Notes: generated from the sequence alone by a model not told the origin. A DNA stretch of 64,000 nucleotides from Tubulanus polymorphus (GCF_964204645.1 NC_134030.1:19862210-19926209), one strand, 5' to 3'; shown: positions 1 through 12,199, counted from the first letter of the stretch. A program made the numbers and translations.

Positions 1-302
1 AAAAAAGACTACTCGTAAGCAAAAGTCCAAAATCTCCCTAATCAATTATTTCAGTCCCAGGGTTTAAATGTTTCATATGCATCCATCCATTAAGATATTT
101 AGAGTTTTCTGTCCTAGTTCCCGATCGGCGATTTTCCTGTGACTTCACGCAACCACGTATGAAACTGGGGAAAACAATACAAATACAGTTTTAATATGCT
201 TTAAATGAAATCCATTTTCGTAGTTCATTGATGCTTCGATTTTTTGTTTATGAAATAGTAAGTATCATCTGCAAACATCGTGCAATCTAAGATGTCTATA
301 GA

Positions 303-545
303 TTATATCAGCAATAGGTGCCGAATATAAAGAGTAAATAAAACTGGCCCCAGAACTGAACCTTGGGGACTTCCATATCGAAAATCAGCAATATTACTAA
401 TTTTACCGTTTGTAACAACTTTGTGTGTACATTCCTGAAGGTGCCTAAGATTTGAAATAATTCTGTTTTGAAGCTGATTAGCGGCCATACGTTCGAGCAT
501 CTTTGTGGCTACAGGTAAGTAAGAAAATGATCTATCAATATTCAA
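303..545 (-). pseudogene. Non-LTR retrotransposon reverse-transcriptase relic; copies at 12548-12790, 42046-42285 and ~53025-53260
   Basis: YRSLSYLPVATKMLER and GSPQGSVLGPVLFTLYI match LINE RT motifs (YRPISLL..K..ER; GVPQGSVLGP.LF), with the intervening part deleted. Confidence 0.85.
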
Positions 546-1214
546 TTAGTATAGATTTAAAAGTTTTGGTTTTTATCAATTGCTTAACCGAGCATGATTT
601 TAACTAAACTGTTCGTAGGTACAACACCGGTTTCCAAAGAGCATTTCATAAATGGCTTATGCGAGCTTTCAACTTAAATTTCGTGTTGGGCGGTGATTTA
701 TTGATAGGCCGTCTAGAAGACTGAGAACCGCATATTTTTTTTTAAACTTTCTTTCAAAATCAATTCTGCAAGATCTAGCGGTTTGAAATCAAATAAATTC
801 GTTTCGTTGAAATTTTCGTCATCTTGAATTGATGCTAATGTAGAAAAGCATTGAATAATGATTTTGAGGTTCATCGTTAATATTCAATGATTCTATAACT
901 AAAATTACGTTCGGGTTGAATGTGTTCTGGTGAAATACGTAATGTCTAATGACGAAATTCGTGTTTGAACAAATTGGAAAAAAAAAACAAAATTGGAATT
1001 AATTGGCGCCTTAGGAATTTTGGTAAGCAACGTGGAATCTAGAAATTATTGCTAATTGGAAAACAGATCTTTATGCAAAAAATCCAAACATTTCAAATCT
1101 AGAATCGGTTTAGAACTAATTGCGGCAGTAACTAAAAAATCAACTTAAAAGAAGTCACAGCAAATTCTCTGATTGGACGAACTGCAATTTGTGCTCAGTT
1201 GTTATTCGACGAAA

Positions 1215-4200
1215 ATGGTTTCGGTTCATTTTGTCGTGTTGATGCTGTTCGGTATGGATCGACTGAGAGCGCTGTTTATAGCGTCGCTGGTCGTCTGGCG
1301 AGTTAACATCGCACACGCTGATCTGTCTGACTCTGTGACGGTCAGTTCGTCTTGTAACAACACTTGGTACCCGGTCGATTCTACGTCCGGTTACATCGTT
1401 TCACCGAATTACCCGTCGCTAACGCGCGGTGTTGAATGTCGTTGGTTCGTCAACAGCTCTTTACCGGGAACTTTCAACATCAAACTATACTACGACATCG
1501 AGCCGTCGATATTCTGTAGTGATAACTACCTTCTCGTCGGTGAGTCCGATAACAGATTCTGCGGTGAAGGAAAACATGAAATCCGCCGTAACGATTCGAT
1601 CTCGTTGATGTTTAGGAGTAACGTCGATGGTGCGCGGGGTAGTCGGGATTATCTCATATATCGTTATGAACGAGACAATTTGAAATTATTTCTTAACTGC
1701 AGGAACATTTTTCATAGAATAAACAAATTACAAACACCGAGAGGATACAAATTCGCAATATATTTAAATCGTTGTCAATTATATTTGGAATGGATCGGGA
1801 TCCCGGACGGTTTTGCGATTAATTTGACGTTTACACAGGTCGATTTCAGATTATATCCTGGCGCTCATTCAGCGACAACTGTTCAGATTTACGACGGATG
1901 GAACATCACCAGTGAACCTATAGCTGTTATACCAGAACAAACCGGACATCCACCTTCATCATTCTATACTAAAACTAACAAAGCGATTATTGATACACAT
2001 CTATTGCCCTTTAAATCGCAACTATTAGCTCATGTCTATAGAATATCTGATTGGAACGTCTCTAATCCGTTAATTCAAATCTCTAATAACGAGTCTGGAG
2101 TGCTCATTCCCGGTGACAACAGTTTACACGTAATAACTCGATCAAAACACTTACACTGCTGGTCTATCACAGTGCAGGTGTTACAGTACGTCGTCTTCAA
2201 CTGGGCACGTGATCTCAACACATCCGGTGACGTCATTGGCGTATATAAACTAGAAGGTTTACGCGTTGTAGGAACTGATATTTTACTCGGTTACAACTAC
2301 CTGGAATCACTGAGTGTTAAATCTGACGGCTTTCTCGTCATACTGTGCGTTTTAATAAGACAAGGTGTTTTACCGTCGAATGTGAAAATTGAATTTGAAG
2401 TGAAATCTTTTTCCATAAAAGACGTACGAGTGGAAAAACGCTCGGTGAGTATTGTGCCTTTTAATTTTAAGTTTATGATTTTGGATTTGTGTTTGGATGT
2501 GTGTGGATCTCTGTTATTAGGTTTCATGCGTAGAGTTTACTTTATACTTTAGTGGGAAATTTTGGATTTTTCACCTGAAAAAGAAATTTAATTTTAGCTA
2601 ATCTTAAAACATGAATTGCTGCACGTGACAAAATCATTAATCGACGTAGATTTGAAAATGTTGTTATGTTATTAATACTTGAAAAAACAAATGCTGATTT
2701 GTTATATTTTGTAGATATCTGGTAACAGAAACAAATACGATTTGATTGTTCAAAATCTGTTCCCGACGACAAAGAAGACAACATTATCGTATCGCATAAA
2801 TACATTAGAATTTAAACGGAAAGTTGATATCTATGAGGATGGCTTAAAACTAACAGTTTTATCAGAGACGTGCGAGGGAGCTGGATTTTATATATATGAT
2901 GGTGGTAATTTTACAGCGAGACGCTATGGTCCGTATTGTCCTGGTCATAAATACGGTCGTAACGTCGTCAGTCTGATTACATCAGGAGGACCGGTTACTG
3001 TAGTAGGATACGCTTATAGTGATGTACCTAAATCTGGGTATCTCAGATTCAATCCTACTGATTGTGACGGGTATGTTCTACAGGAAGGAGAAAATCAGAT
3101 CAATATGACGTCACACTGTCTCGTGATTACACCTGAAAACCGGCGCCTTCCTTTAGAAAATATTTATATATTATCAGAACACGAATATCAAATTTACACA
3201 TGTTTCCGTGGTTTAAATTCGTGTCGTGATGTTACTCTCACAACTCAATTACTGAATAACAGTCTCTTAATGAATCATCTGATGATAAAAGGAAGTAGTT
3301 ATAGGTTCTGGAGTAGTTCAATGATGATTGTACTACGACGTAAATGTTTGGTGTTGATGATCTATCAAGATTCCCCGGTAGTTACTGCTAGTAGTTTTGC
3401 ATACATCCCGCCGATGCAAGAAAAATGTGGAGTCGCACAATCACCGAACTATCCTCGATATGTTACACAACGCAGTAAATCAAGTTTGTACTACTCATTT
3501 CATTACGACAAACATTTGAATTATTACATCAGATTCCTTTTCAAATTTATGGGACACGCCTCGTGCAGCCCTTCTAGTAGTAATGCTGTTCGAGACCTGT
3601 TATTACTGGTACAGAGTATTTTTAAACCCGGTAGTGTTTTACTCCTTGTGGGGCTGCGTCGCCACGAGACTAAAATATGTGAAAATAACGCTGTACCTGG
3701 ACTTGTATTGTACAGTCTACTCGGGTATGACGTTTACTTTGAAACGAAAAACTATATCCCTTTATTTCAAATTCAATACACTTTAGAACAATCGCCTTCA
3801 CAAACACATCGAAATAATGACTGCGGATCAGATTTTCTAGATTCAGGTGTTTCGTGTATCAGATACATCAAACATGAACGTCTGAATTGGGATTACGCTG
3901 AAATGTACTGTCAACAGAAATACGGAGGACATCTTCTCAGTATCAACTCTGAACAGGAAATGATTGCTGTAAAAAAACTGTTCGCTACGAAACTTCTTCA
4001 GGAGGCGTATTCACAGGCGGCGCTGATTGTGATGATTGGATTGAAATGGCAGGTAATTTCAAATTATCGTTATGAACATGTTTACCAACATTCATTTAGT
4101 TTTGAACATGATTTTGAATTTGTTACGAATTCATTCATTCTCTACTAAAAGTTTAGAATCTTTCATATTAATTGAAACAGATTTCTATTAGTCATCGTGT

Positions 4201-7200
4201 AAAAATATAACATAATCTTAATTTGATAAACTCAATTCAGACGCTTGATATAAGTTAGATATCCAAAAGCTAATCGTCATGAACTATTCTAAAACTATTT
4301 CGATCAATGAAACTGAATTTATTTTGAACAGGATGATGGTTATTACACGTGGACTGATGGGAAACCATTGAGCTACACAGAGTGGTTTAAACCTACTATA
4401 ATAAACGAAACGATACCAGAAGTTATTCAAGGACTGATATCTCCTCTAAGAAAACAACCGATAAATGACGTCAATATGCCGTGTACGGCGATGATTCTGA
4501 ATAATCCACGAGGATCAGCGAACTGGGTTCGATTCCCGTGTCAAATCGAGGAAACTCGAACAACTTTCATTTGTGAGAAAGACAAAGATAACTCCTCATC
4601 GACTGAAAATCACAAATTACCTGTTGCAGAAGAAAACTCTACTTATTATTCGGGGATATTGGAATCAGTTAACTCCACGTGTTTAAAGGGATGGATTCGT
4701 ATAGAAGGACATTGCTATCAGATACTTACAGCCTGGGATACTCACAGATTGTCAATTCGGGAAGCTGAGGAAATGTGTCATACAATCGGTGGTGAAATAG
4801 GTATAGTATCCAATGATGTTATAATTCAGCATTTGATTCAAATATTTCATTATGAACATCAATATGGTGCTATACTGGCGAGGACTACGGATAGTGAAGT
4901 TCTTGCTCTGAATCCAGTTTTGACCAGAGATGAAATAACATATATAAAAACGGTGAAATGGTCAGTGACTGCCTTTGATAATGTCACAGATGTAGCGCAT
5001 TCAGTGCTATGTTCCTATAATGTAACTGATGAAGAGTTGGCTTCTATTAAACGTTGTAAATCGTGGCAATTTGAATGTAACGATCAAAGATGTATCAGCG
5101 ACCATCGCGTATGTGATACCAGAAACGACTGTCCACACGGTGAAGATGAACTCGATTGTTCGGGTACAAACTTACACAGTCAGTTCCACTGTACCGATGG
5201 AGAAGTTATATCAGTTAGTAATTTGTGCGATTTTGTACGAGATTGCGCTGACGGATCAGATGAGAACTCGTGCTATCATACTTCATGTTCCTCTGAACAG
5301 TTTAAGTGTAGCAATGGACAATGCGTGGGTAAATATAATCGATGTGATGGACTGGTTGATTGTAAAGATAAATCTGATGAGATCGGCTGCACTTCCGATG
5401 AATGTAACGGGTTTCTGTGTGTAAATGGTGAATGTATCAGTTCTCTGTTGTATCGGGATGGTGTTGTAGATTGTGCTGGTAGCCTCGAAGAAGATGAGAT
5501 TGTCGCCAACATAACAGTTACACCAAAGATTCACTGTACTACAGAGAACTACTGTACGACTAATTTCATAAACTTATGTAAGAAATCCGATGAACAAAGA
5601 TGTTCTTTCGATTCTCCTCACTGTTATCCTAGACGTCGCAGGTGTATTTTAGAAAGGATGCCGATTGGTTACCCGGTATGTAGAAGGCTCGAGCATATAC
5701 AAGGTTGTACTGATTTCAAGTGTCCAACTGGTACTGTAAAGTGTCCAGCAACTTACTGTATACCGATGGGACAGGTGTGCGATGGTCGATCCGATTGTCC
5801 TAACTCAGAAGATGAGCGAAACTGCAAGACTTTGTCATGTCCTGGCATGTTCAAATGTGGCCAGGAAAACCGATGCATACCTCAATCTGAAGTTTGTGAT
5901 GGTGTCGTCAATTGTAAACATACCACTGATGACGAAGCTTTATGTGACGTCATATGTCCAAAGGAATGTAAATGTCAAGGTCATTTGATTGATTGCGATC
6001 ATGCCGATTTCGTAGAAATTACTTATCTTTTCTCGGCATCAACTCGAGTTCTGATTTTATCAAGAAACCAAGTTGTATTCAATGAGTCCACATTTTCTTC
6101 GTACCTCTATTTACATTTCCTTAATATTTCACGTAACAATTTGTCTTATATTGTTCCAAACTCGTTCTCAAACCTGCATAATCTACATACATTAGATCTA
6201 GCTTATAACCACATAATATCATTTTCCGCGAATACATTCGCCGGTTTGTATAGTTTGAAAATGCTTTTGATTTTTGGAAATCCAGTGAGATATTTAGAAG
6301 AAGGCAGTTTTCGAGGTTTAAAGTCATTAAGGGATCTCGATCTTCACGGACTTTCCTTGTCGTTACTCGGTGGAAATGTGTTCCGTGGTTTATCCGCTTT
6401 AGAGTCGTTAAATGTCAGCAGTAACGTGATCAAATATATTTCACGAAATGCGTTCGCCGGATTAACAAAACTAAGAAATCTGGATCTAACCAAAAATTCT
6501 GAAGTCATATCCGTACAAAGAAACGTTTTTGACAGTCTTACATTATTGAGTTCGTTGGCTTCTGACGCGTACAAATTTTGTTGCATGGTTCCGAATGTTG
6601 ACCAGTGTCTCCCGGAAGCCGACCAATTTTCATCTTGTTCCGACCTGATGGGTAACACTGTTCTTAGAGCAATCATTTGGGCGATCGCTTCATTCAGCTT
6701 TTTTGCAAACATCACCGTAATTTTACTTCGCGTTCAAGCGATACGCATTTCATCCTCTGAGTCACGTAACATATCCTCTGATATCCTCATCATTAATATT
6801 GCCACCTGCGATTTTCTCATGTCAATTTATCTTTTTCTGATCGCTGGAGCCGATTACGTCTATAAAAGTGTTTATTTCCTCAATTCTGAAAGGTGGACAG
6901 ATAGTTCACTGTGTCGACTCGCTGGGATTTTAGTAACTCTTTCGTGCGAAGGGTCTTTGCTTTTTCTCCTGATTCTAACCCGTCAAAGATACTCGAATAT
7001 CGTCGATCCATTTTCTGGAAGCCCAATTATATCATCGACATATGTGTCCGGTATTTGCTGTATATGCTGGATCATTTTGGGCAACATTTCAATGCTACCG
7101 CTGTCGTCATCTTCTTATTTCGGACATAACTTTTACGGCACAACTGGTGTTTGTTTACCTATGAATTTACTATCCATCGATGTCCACGCCTGGCAATATT

Positions 7201-7562
7201 CATTCGCTATATTTGCCGTGTTTAACTCGGTCGTACTTGCTACAATAATGATGACGTATGCACAGATGTATAGACTCGTATCTGGAAGCAGGTCCGGCTC
7301 GGGTAGAGCTGATCCTACCGAATTGGTTCTGGCACGTAGGAGTTTAGTGATAAATCTGTGTAATTTATTTTGCTGGTTACCGATAATTATCGTTCAGTTT
7401 TGCGCTGTATTGCGAGTAGAAATACCGAACCAAGTGGCGGCTTGGTTGGCGGTACTTTTCCTACCGATCAACTCGTCACTGAATCCACTTCTTTACACCA
7501 TCCTCACTATTGATATTAAATCTATTCGGGCCAGAAATAAACGCGTTTTGAAAACTCGCTGA
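1215..7562 (+). CDS. GRL101-like LDLa-LRR GPCR with N-terminal CUB-like and C-type lectin domains, copy 1; join(1215..2444,2715..4052,4332..7562), ~1932 aa
   Basis: Signal peptide (MDRLRALFIASLVVWRVNIAHA); CUB motifs (SGYIVSPNYP..CRW, QIYDG, GPYC, QSPNYP); CTLD split by intron 2 (LNWDYAEMYC..GGHLLSINS..MIGLKWQ|DDGYYTWTDG); ~7 LDLa (CDG..DC.D.SDE); LRRNT CPKECKC plus LRRs; hinge YKFCC..DQFSSCSDLM; 7TM with CWLP and NSSLNPLLY. Phase-0 GT-AG introns keep the frame. True start may be the downstream Met at 1254. Confidence 0.9.
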
Positions 7563-8188
7563 ACCATTCGACAGTCAAACCCTGACTATGCACTCTAATC
7601 AGAATGCTGCGAAATCTTTTCAGATGAAATATATTATATACATAAACAAATACGTAGCAAACGTGTGGACTCGAGAACGAACTGATACTTGCTTATACGT
7701 TCCAATAAAAAAAAAACTGACGACACTTCAAGATAATATCGCAAAGTAATGAAATCATCGAATGGGTTTCGAATCGTGTCCTGAAATACGACGTAGCGAT
7801 AAGAATACACGCTAGGAGAGCTGAGTAATGTCATTTAATATGAGTTGTAACACCGATTATCCTGACAGTTAATTACGCTTATTTTATATCAGGATGATTT
7901 AAAAATTATGTAAGCTGGAAATAAAAGTGTCAAATAGTGGTACATGTTCTACGTTCATCGATTTAAAACCGTATTTGAGCGCTTCAATGTTTAATCGAAG
8001 GATAAAGCTTGCGTTGCTTTCGTCCATTCAAAGTCCTACGCCCGGAGGAGGTGGGATCACTTCAAATGCGTGTCGATCCATATGGACATTATCGGCGCTG
8101 TTAAAGGTGATCTACGTCTTTTGAATTCAGTCGTGATCAGTATGTTCTTGCCAGTTTCTCGTTTATTAATCTTTTATAGCCTCGGCCT

Positions 8189-8479
8189 TCAGCACCCCCT
8201 AACAAAGGATAAGTATCGTCTAATGCACTGAGTTAGGTGTACTCGGGCCCACAACGGGAACGACAATTGAATCAATCGCTCAGCACTGATCAGAATGATT
8301 ACCGAGTTCCGATGCGTCTTCGCCGTGTGAACAAGTCCGTCACAGTACACAGTAAACACCGCCGACACTCCGTAAAAATAATTCAAATATCGGAATTTTT
8401 CCAGACCGTACGTCCACAACGATACGTATTCCTTCAATAAGGTGAAGCAAAATAACGCGACCAGGTATTTTAGGATCAC
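8189..8479 (-). pseudogene. Decayed rhodopsin-class (peptide-receptor-like) GPCR fragment; copies at ~37982-38300 and ~63055-63370, deleted in unit 3
   Basis: SVIILISAERLIQLSFPLWARVHLT resembles the TM3-ICL2 ER..FPL motif; no full-length ORF. Confidence 0.6.
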
Positions 8480-8557
8480 AAATATTCTGAGCAGGTGGTA
8501 CGTACAAATTTGTAAATTCGAGAAAAAACAATTGTAAGAAATAACCGTGAAAATTAG

Positions 8558-8631
8558 CGTTCGAACCCCTAAGCCCTCGGTTGCCTGGAGACTAGTGACC
8601 GGCGGCTTAAAACCACTCGGCCAATGCGCCT
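8558..8631 (-). repeat. tRNA-derived SINE head; copies at 38378-38451 and 63451-63524
   Basis: Minus strand has A box TGGCCGAGTGG and B box GGTTCGAAC; no complete cloverleaf. Confidence 0.65.
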
Positions 8632-10940
8632 GTTACATGAGTTCAAAGAAGGTTTGGCTAGTGTATTGAGCTTGGATCAAAATTTCCACCAGTTGTGATC
8701 TAGATGCTTAGTATACGTTAGTATACTGAACGGCATGATCGATGACCAACAATATTCACCATTGAATATACGATTTACTCACCTGTTGCACTGGAGGTTT
8801 GGGTTACTGATATTTCTGATCGATGAGCAATGCTCACGAATCGGTGTGCAAATACATTTTCTAAAAGGAGTTCAATACAAATATACAGTTTGACAGGTTG
8901 TAGTGCAGTTCGGTCGTCAAAACAACTGACGAAAATTGTAATGAATAGTTAATCTATCATGTGAAACTGAATTAACTCACAAACATCAGTTTAAGTACCG
9001 TACTGCTATTTCCAAAATTTCGATGTATTAAATTAGGCAGCCAAGAAAATTCACCCCCAATCAGTCGCTTGCCGGTTAAGACTGAATGGAAGATTGTTTG
9101 AATGAACCGGAACAGAATTTCCCAATTATGTACTTTGAGCAAAAAACTTTTGTAAACTCGACCGCTGATCACACAACTATATCTGTACTTCGATTATCGA
9201 TTGTAAAACCAAACCCCCTGTTTCGCTCCCGGCAGGTGTGGTGGGTTTGTAAGGGACACTCAATCAAAAAATCAAACGAAATTTACCAACAAAATAAATA
9301 ACAGGAACAATCCCTATTTTAGGAAAAAACACAAATGAAGAAGAGCCACAATTCAAAGTATACACGATAAAATCTATCAAATTGAACCCACTACGTTCGC
9401 TAACAGCCACTATCACGTGGAAATCGGCAAAATTACGGCAATATTTAAACTTCAAACCGGGGCGTTGATGATGTACGTAGTCCCGGCCCACTACATACAT
9501 GAGTGACTTCTAGACGAATAATATATTTATCGAAATCCCGATTAGAATATTCCTGCTGTGCGGCCAGTTTGTTCTCTACTTATCATCAAACTGTGTTAAA
9601 CATATCCTGAATTGACGGTGCAGTATTTCAGGGGCAAATCTCGGGTATTTGGGTCCAGGGAAGTAAAAGGGACCATATGAAACGTTTCTGTAATGACGAA
9701 GCAAGACGCATAGCAGCATAGCCCTACGGCCAGGACAATAGAAATGTTTCTAAATTTCAAGAAGAATTTGGTCAGATTTTCCACGAAGTTGAATATTGAC
9801 ATCCATGAAATTGATCAAAAAATACACAATTCCACGACCACAATCACATACCATTGTATATTCATCATTTTAAATGAGAAAATACCACTTCTGTTTGTTT
9901 TATATTCACCTTTAATGTCACTTTTAAACAGTTTCGAGGAAAGAAGAATTCCTAAGAAATTCTTTTTTGGGACTTTCAAATTTAGGCGGGGGCGGGGTGG
10001 GTGGGGGACGGGGCTACTCTAACTCCGCCCCAGAATTGTGCCGCATTCTTAGGCAGTTTTTACTCAAAGTCTTGAAATCACGAGGAATACACGTATCACA
10101 GAGGGCCGCATTACCGGTACGTCACTGCAGAAAATTTGTCACGTGGAGAAGATGGTGGAAGGCGGGGACTAAACAAAACTGTTTAGATGATATATAAGAT
10201 GATGTGTTTTTCAGCTGTCGTGAATATGTATTGTAAAGGTTTAAAATACACATGGATTTAAAAACTTCCCGCTGCATTTCCCTGTAGGAGGACACCAAGA
10301 AGAGTCAATCAATCACCAAAGCTGTGCAATTATTTGGTTTTATTTCAATTTGTAGTTGAAGAATATATAGTATCGCGCGCAGTATTTTTCATTCATTCGT
10401 CGACTGTTCTGGCTCGAGAAAACGAGATATTGTCATTTCGAAAGTATAATACGTTGGAAGAGCGACTAAGGTAAGCGTAGTGATAAAATATTCTAATTTA
10501 ACGATAAAAAATGATACCTGGTTTCTTAAAAGCTTTAAAGTTGAACCGGCCGGCCGCCGCCTATCTACCCTATACATTATTCTAAAAAAGAAACTATTAT
10601 CAGCCATTCGACAACAAGACGCGGCGGCTATTGAAACGAACGGATTACAAATTTTATTGAAATTTACAAAATAACCCGGGCTCTGCGGAGAAACAAGGTG
10701 TCATTTTTAGCCTAAAAATAATATACTCCGATACGTACAGCAGCAATTTCAGTAGCTGGAATCTAAAATACGACACACGACTAAACACTATTTTTCTGCT
10801 GAAAATCATGCATCGATTAATCGATCAATGACGTGTCACTGATCACACCGTTTAGCATAGTAGCATATTCTACGGTTATATGTAGATTTTCACCGATGGA
10901 GATCTCATTATAAATTACATAAAATTCATAACCAAATTCA

Positions 10941-10986
10941 TTATTCCTGAAGATGACTATTAGGATATAGTCGAAACGTTGAATAA
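10941..10986 (+). ncRNA. Minimal type I hammerhead ribozyme (Penelope-like-element type); copies at 40112-40157 and 51124-51169
   Basis: TTATTC-C-CTGAAGA-T-GACTAT-taggat-ATAGTC-GAAA-CGTT-GAATAA (one C shared): core CUGANGA/GAAA, 6-bp stem II, stem I TTATTC/GAATAA, palindromic AACGTT in place of stem III. Confidence 0.75.
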
Positions 10987-11626
10987 ACTACTAAGAGCTC
11001 AAAGTAATGTTTTCGGACTTTTTTCTTATCATTGTGGGATTCTCTCTACATCGCGTCAACACGGATATAGTGTTCTATCAATCGTGTTCATAACCAAATT
11101 ATTCTATAATAAATGATTTTCTATAATTGAGGTTAGGAACTAATTTCAAACGAATATCTTTTGACTAGATCATTTGGGCTGAGGAACCAAACTTGGAAGC
11201 GACTCTGAAGACAATAAATGAATTATCGATGATTATCTATATTAGATATTTAAAGCTTATCACTCACGGAAAGAAACGACAGAGACTTGTTCCTGCGATG
11301 CCCAAACACTAGCAATGCGGCCGCCCTGCACTCACTTCATAGTACGGCATTCAAACCAGCGATTCAAACCCGTTACACTGCTCTGCACTAAATCAAAAAT
11401 ACATCAAGTATTCTTTATGAATTTTTGACTATATCTATTATCAGTTCCTTTTTTCTGTGTAGCTGCGTTATTTCAAACCTGGCTCATTCTCTGACGAAAA
11501 GGTTTGCTCATTGAGAGCCTATTTGAAAACTGTTGCAATATCAATTTTCTTTTTGAATTTTTGAAAATGCCAAATTGCAAATATATTTTATTCAAATTCT
11601 AGGCGAAGAAAATGCTTGCTTACACA

Positions 11627-12199
11627 ATGACTCGCATATGTGCTTTTGCTGCGATTGTGGCCAGTGCCGTGGCCTTCAGTGGTGAGTTAAGACTGGGAAA
11701 ATAATACTCAGCTTCATGAGATTTCATAAAATGATATAATTCAATTCGCAATTATAAGTAAACATTTATTATGCGTTTATCGACGGAACGAATTGATTCG
11801 ATAGATATATTTGGCCCACTAAGCGCCACGCTAGAAGCGGGTTCGATGTTTCTTTTTCCCAATACCCACATCAGAGAAGAACCTCCGACCCAGATACTCT
11901 GTTGCCTCCAGGGTTTGAACCCATAAACCCTGGATTGATGAGAACAATGCCAGGCGGCTTATACCACTCGGCCACTGCGCCTCCCATTTGTTATCCATAT
12001 CGGGATCACCATTATAGTACTACATCTGGGGGCGGGAGTTCCATTATTTCTTCAATTTAGGTAAAAACATCTTTCACTTCAGTATTCAATTTTTAATTTC
12101 ATATTTTTCGAAAATATAGATTGCTATCCTAAGGGCAGGACGTGTGACGATGACCTTAAGTGTTGCAACAACACCTGTAGAGCTAGTATTTGTTCCTGA
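11627..12199 (+). CDS. Small secreted cystine-knot (ICK/knottin-like) peptide, copy A; join(11627..11681,12120..12199): MTRICAFAAIVASAVAFS-DCYPKGRTCDDDLKCCNNTCRASICS
   Basis: Hydrophobic signal-peptide exon ending G|gtgagt; acceptor atatag|AT keeps phase 1; 6 Cys in C-x6-C-x5-CC-x3-C-x4-C spacing; stop codon; AATAAA near 12368; possible in-frame upstream ATG at 11612. Confidence 0.78.
11813..11985 (-). repeat. tRNA-derived SINE inside the knottin intron; copies at ~41061-41233 and ~52070-52242
   Basis: Minus strand GGAGGCGCAGTGGCCGAGTGGTATAAG..GGGTTCAAACCC (A and B boxes); related to the 8558 head. Confidence 0.65.

Noticed and set aside
1173-4148. ORFs 1173-2552 and 2742-4148 as stand-alone genes
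   Set aside because: Their tails are intron read-through; conserved phase-0 splice sites join them and complete the split lectin domain.
5029-7129. Short alternative-frame and antisense ORFs inside the receptor exons, repeated in each copy
   Set aside because: Shadows of the main CDS; they recur only because the DNA is duplicated.
8558-8631. Functional tRNA genes here and at ~11900-11985
   Set aside because: A and B boxes are present but there is no convincing acceptor stem or cloverleaf; better explained as SINE heads.
12018-12060. Extra middle (propeptide) exon of the knottin gene
   Set aside because: The AG..GT-bounded segment is 43 nt and would shift the frame; direct two-exon joining works.
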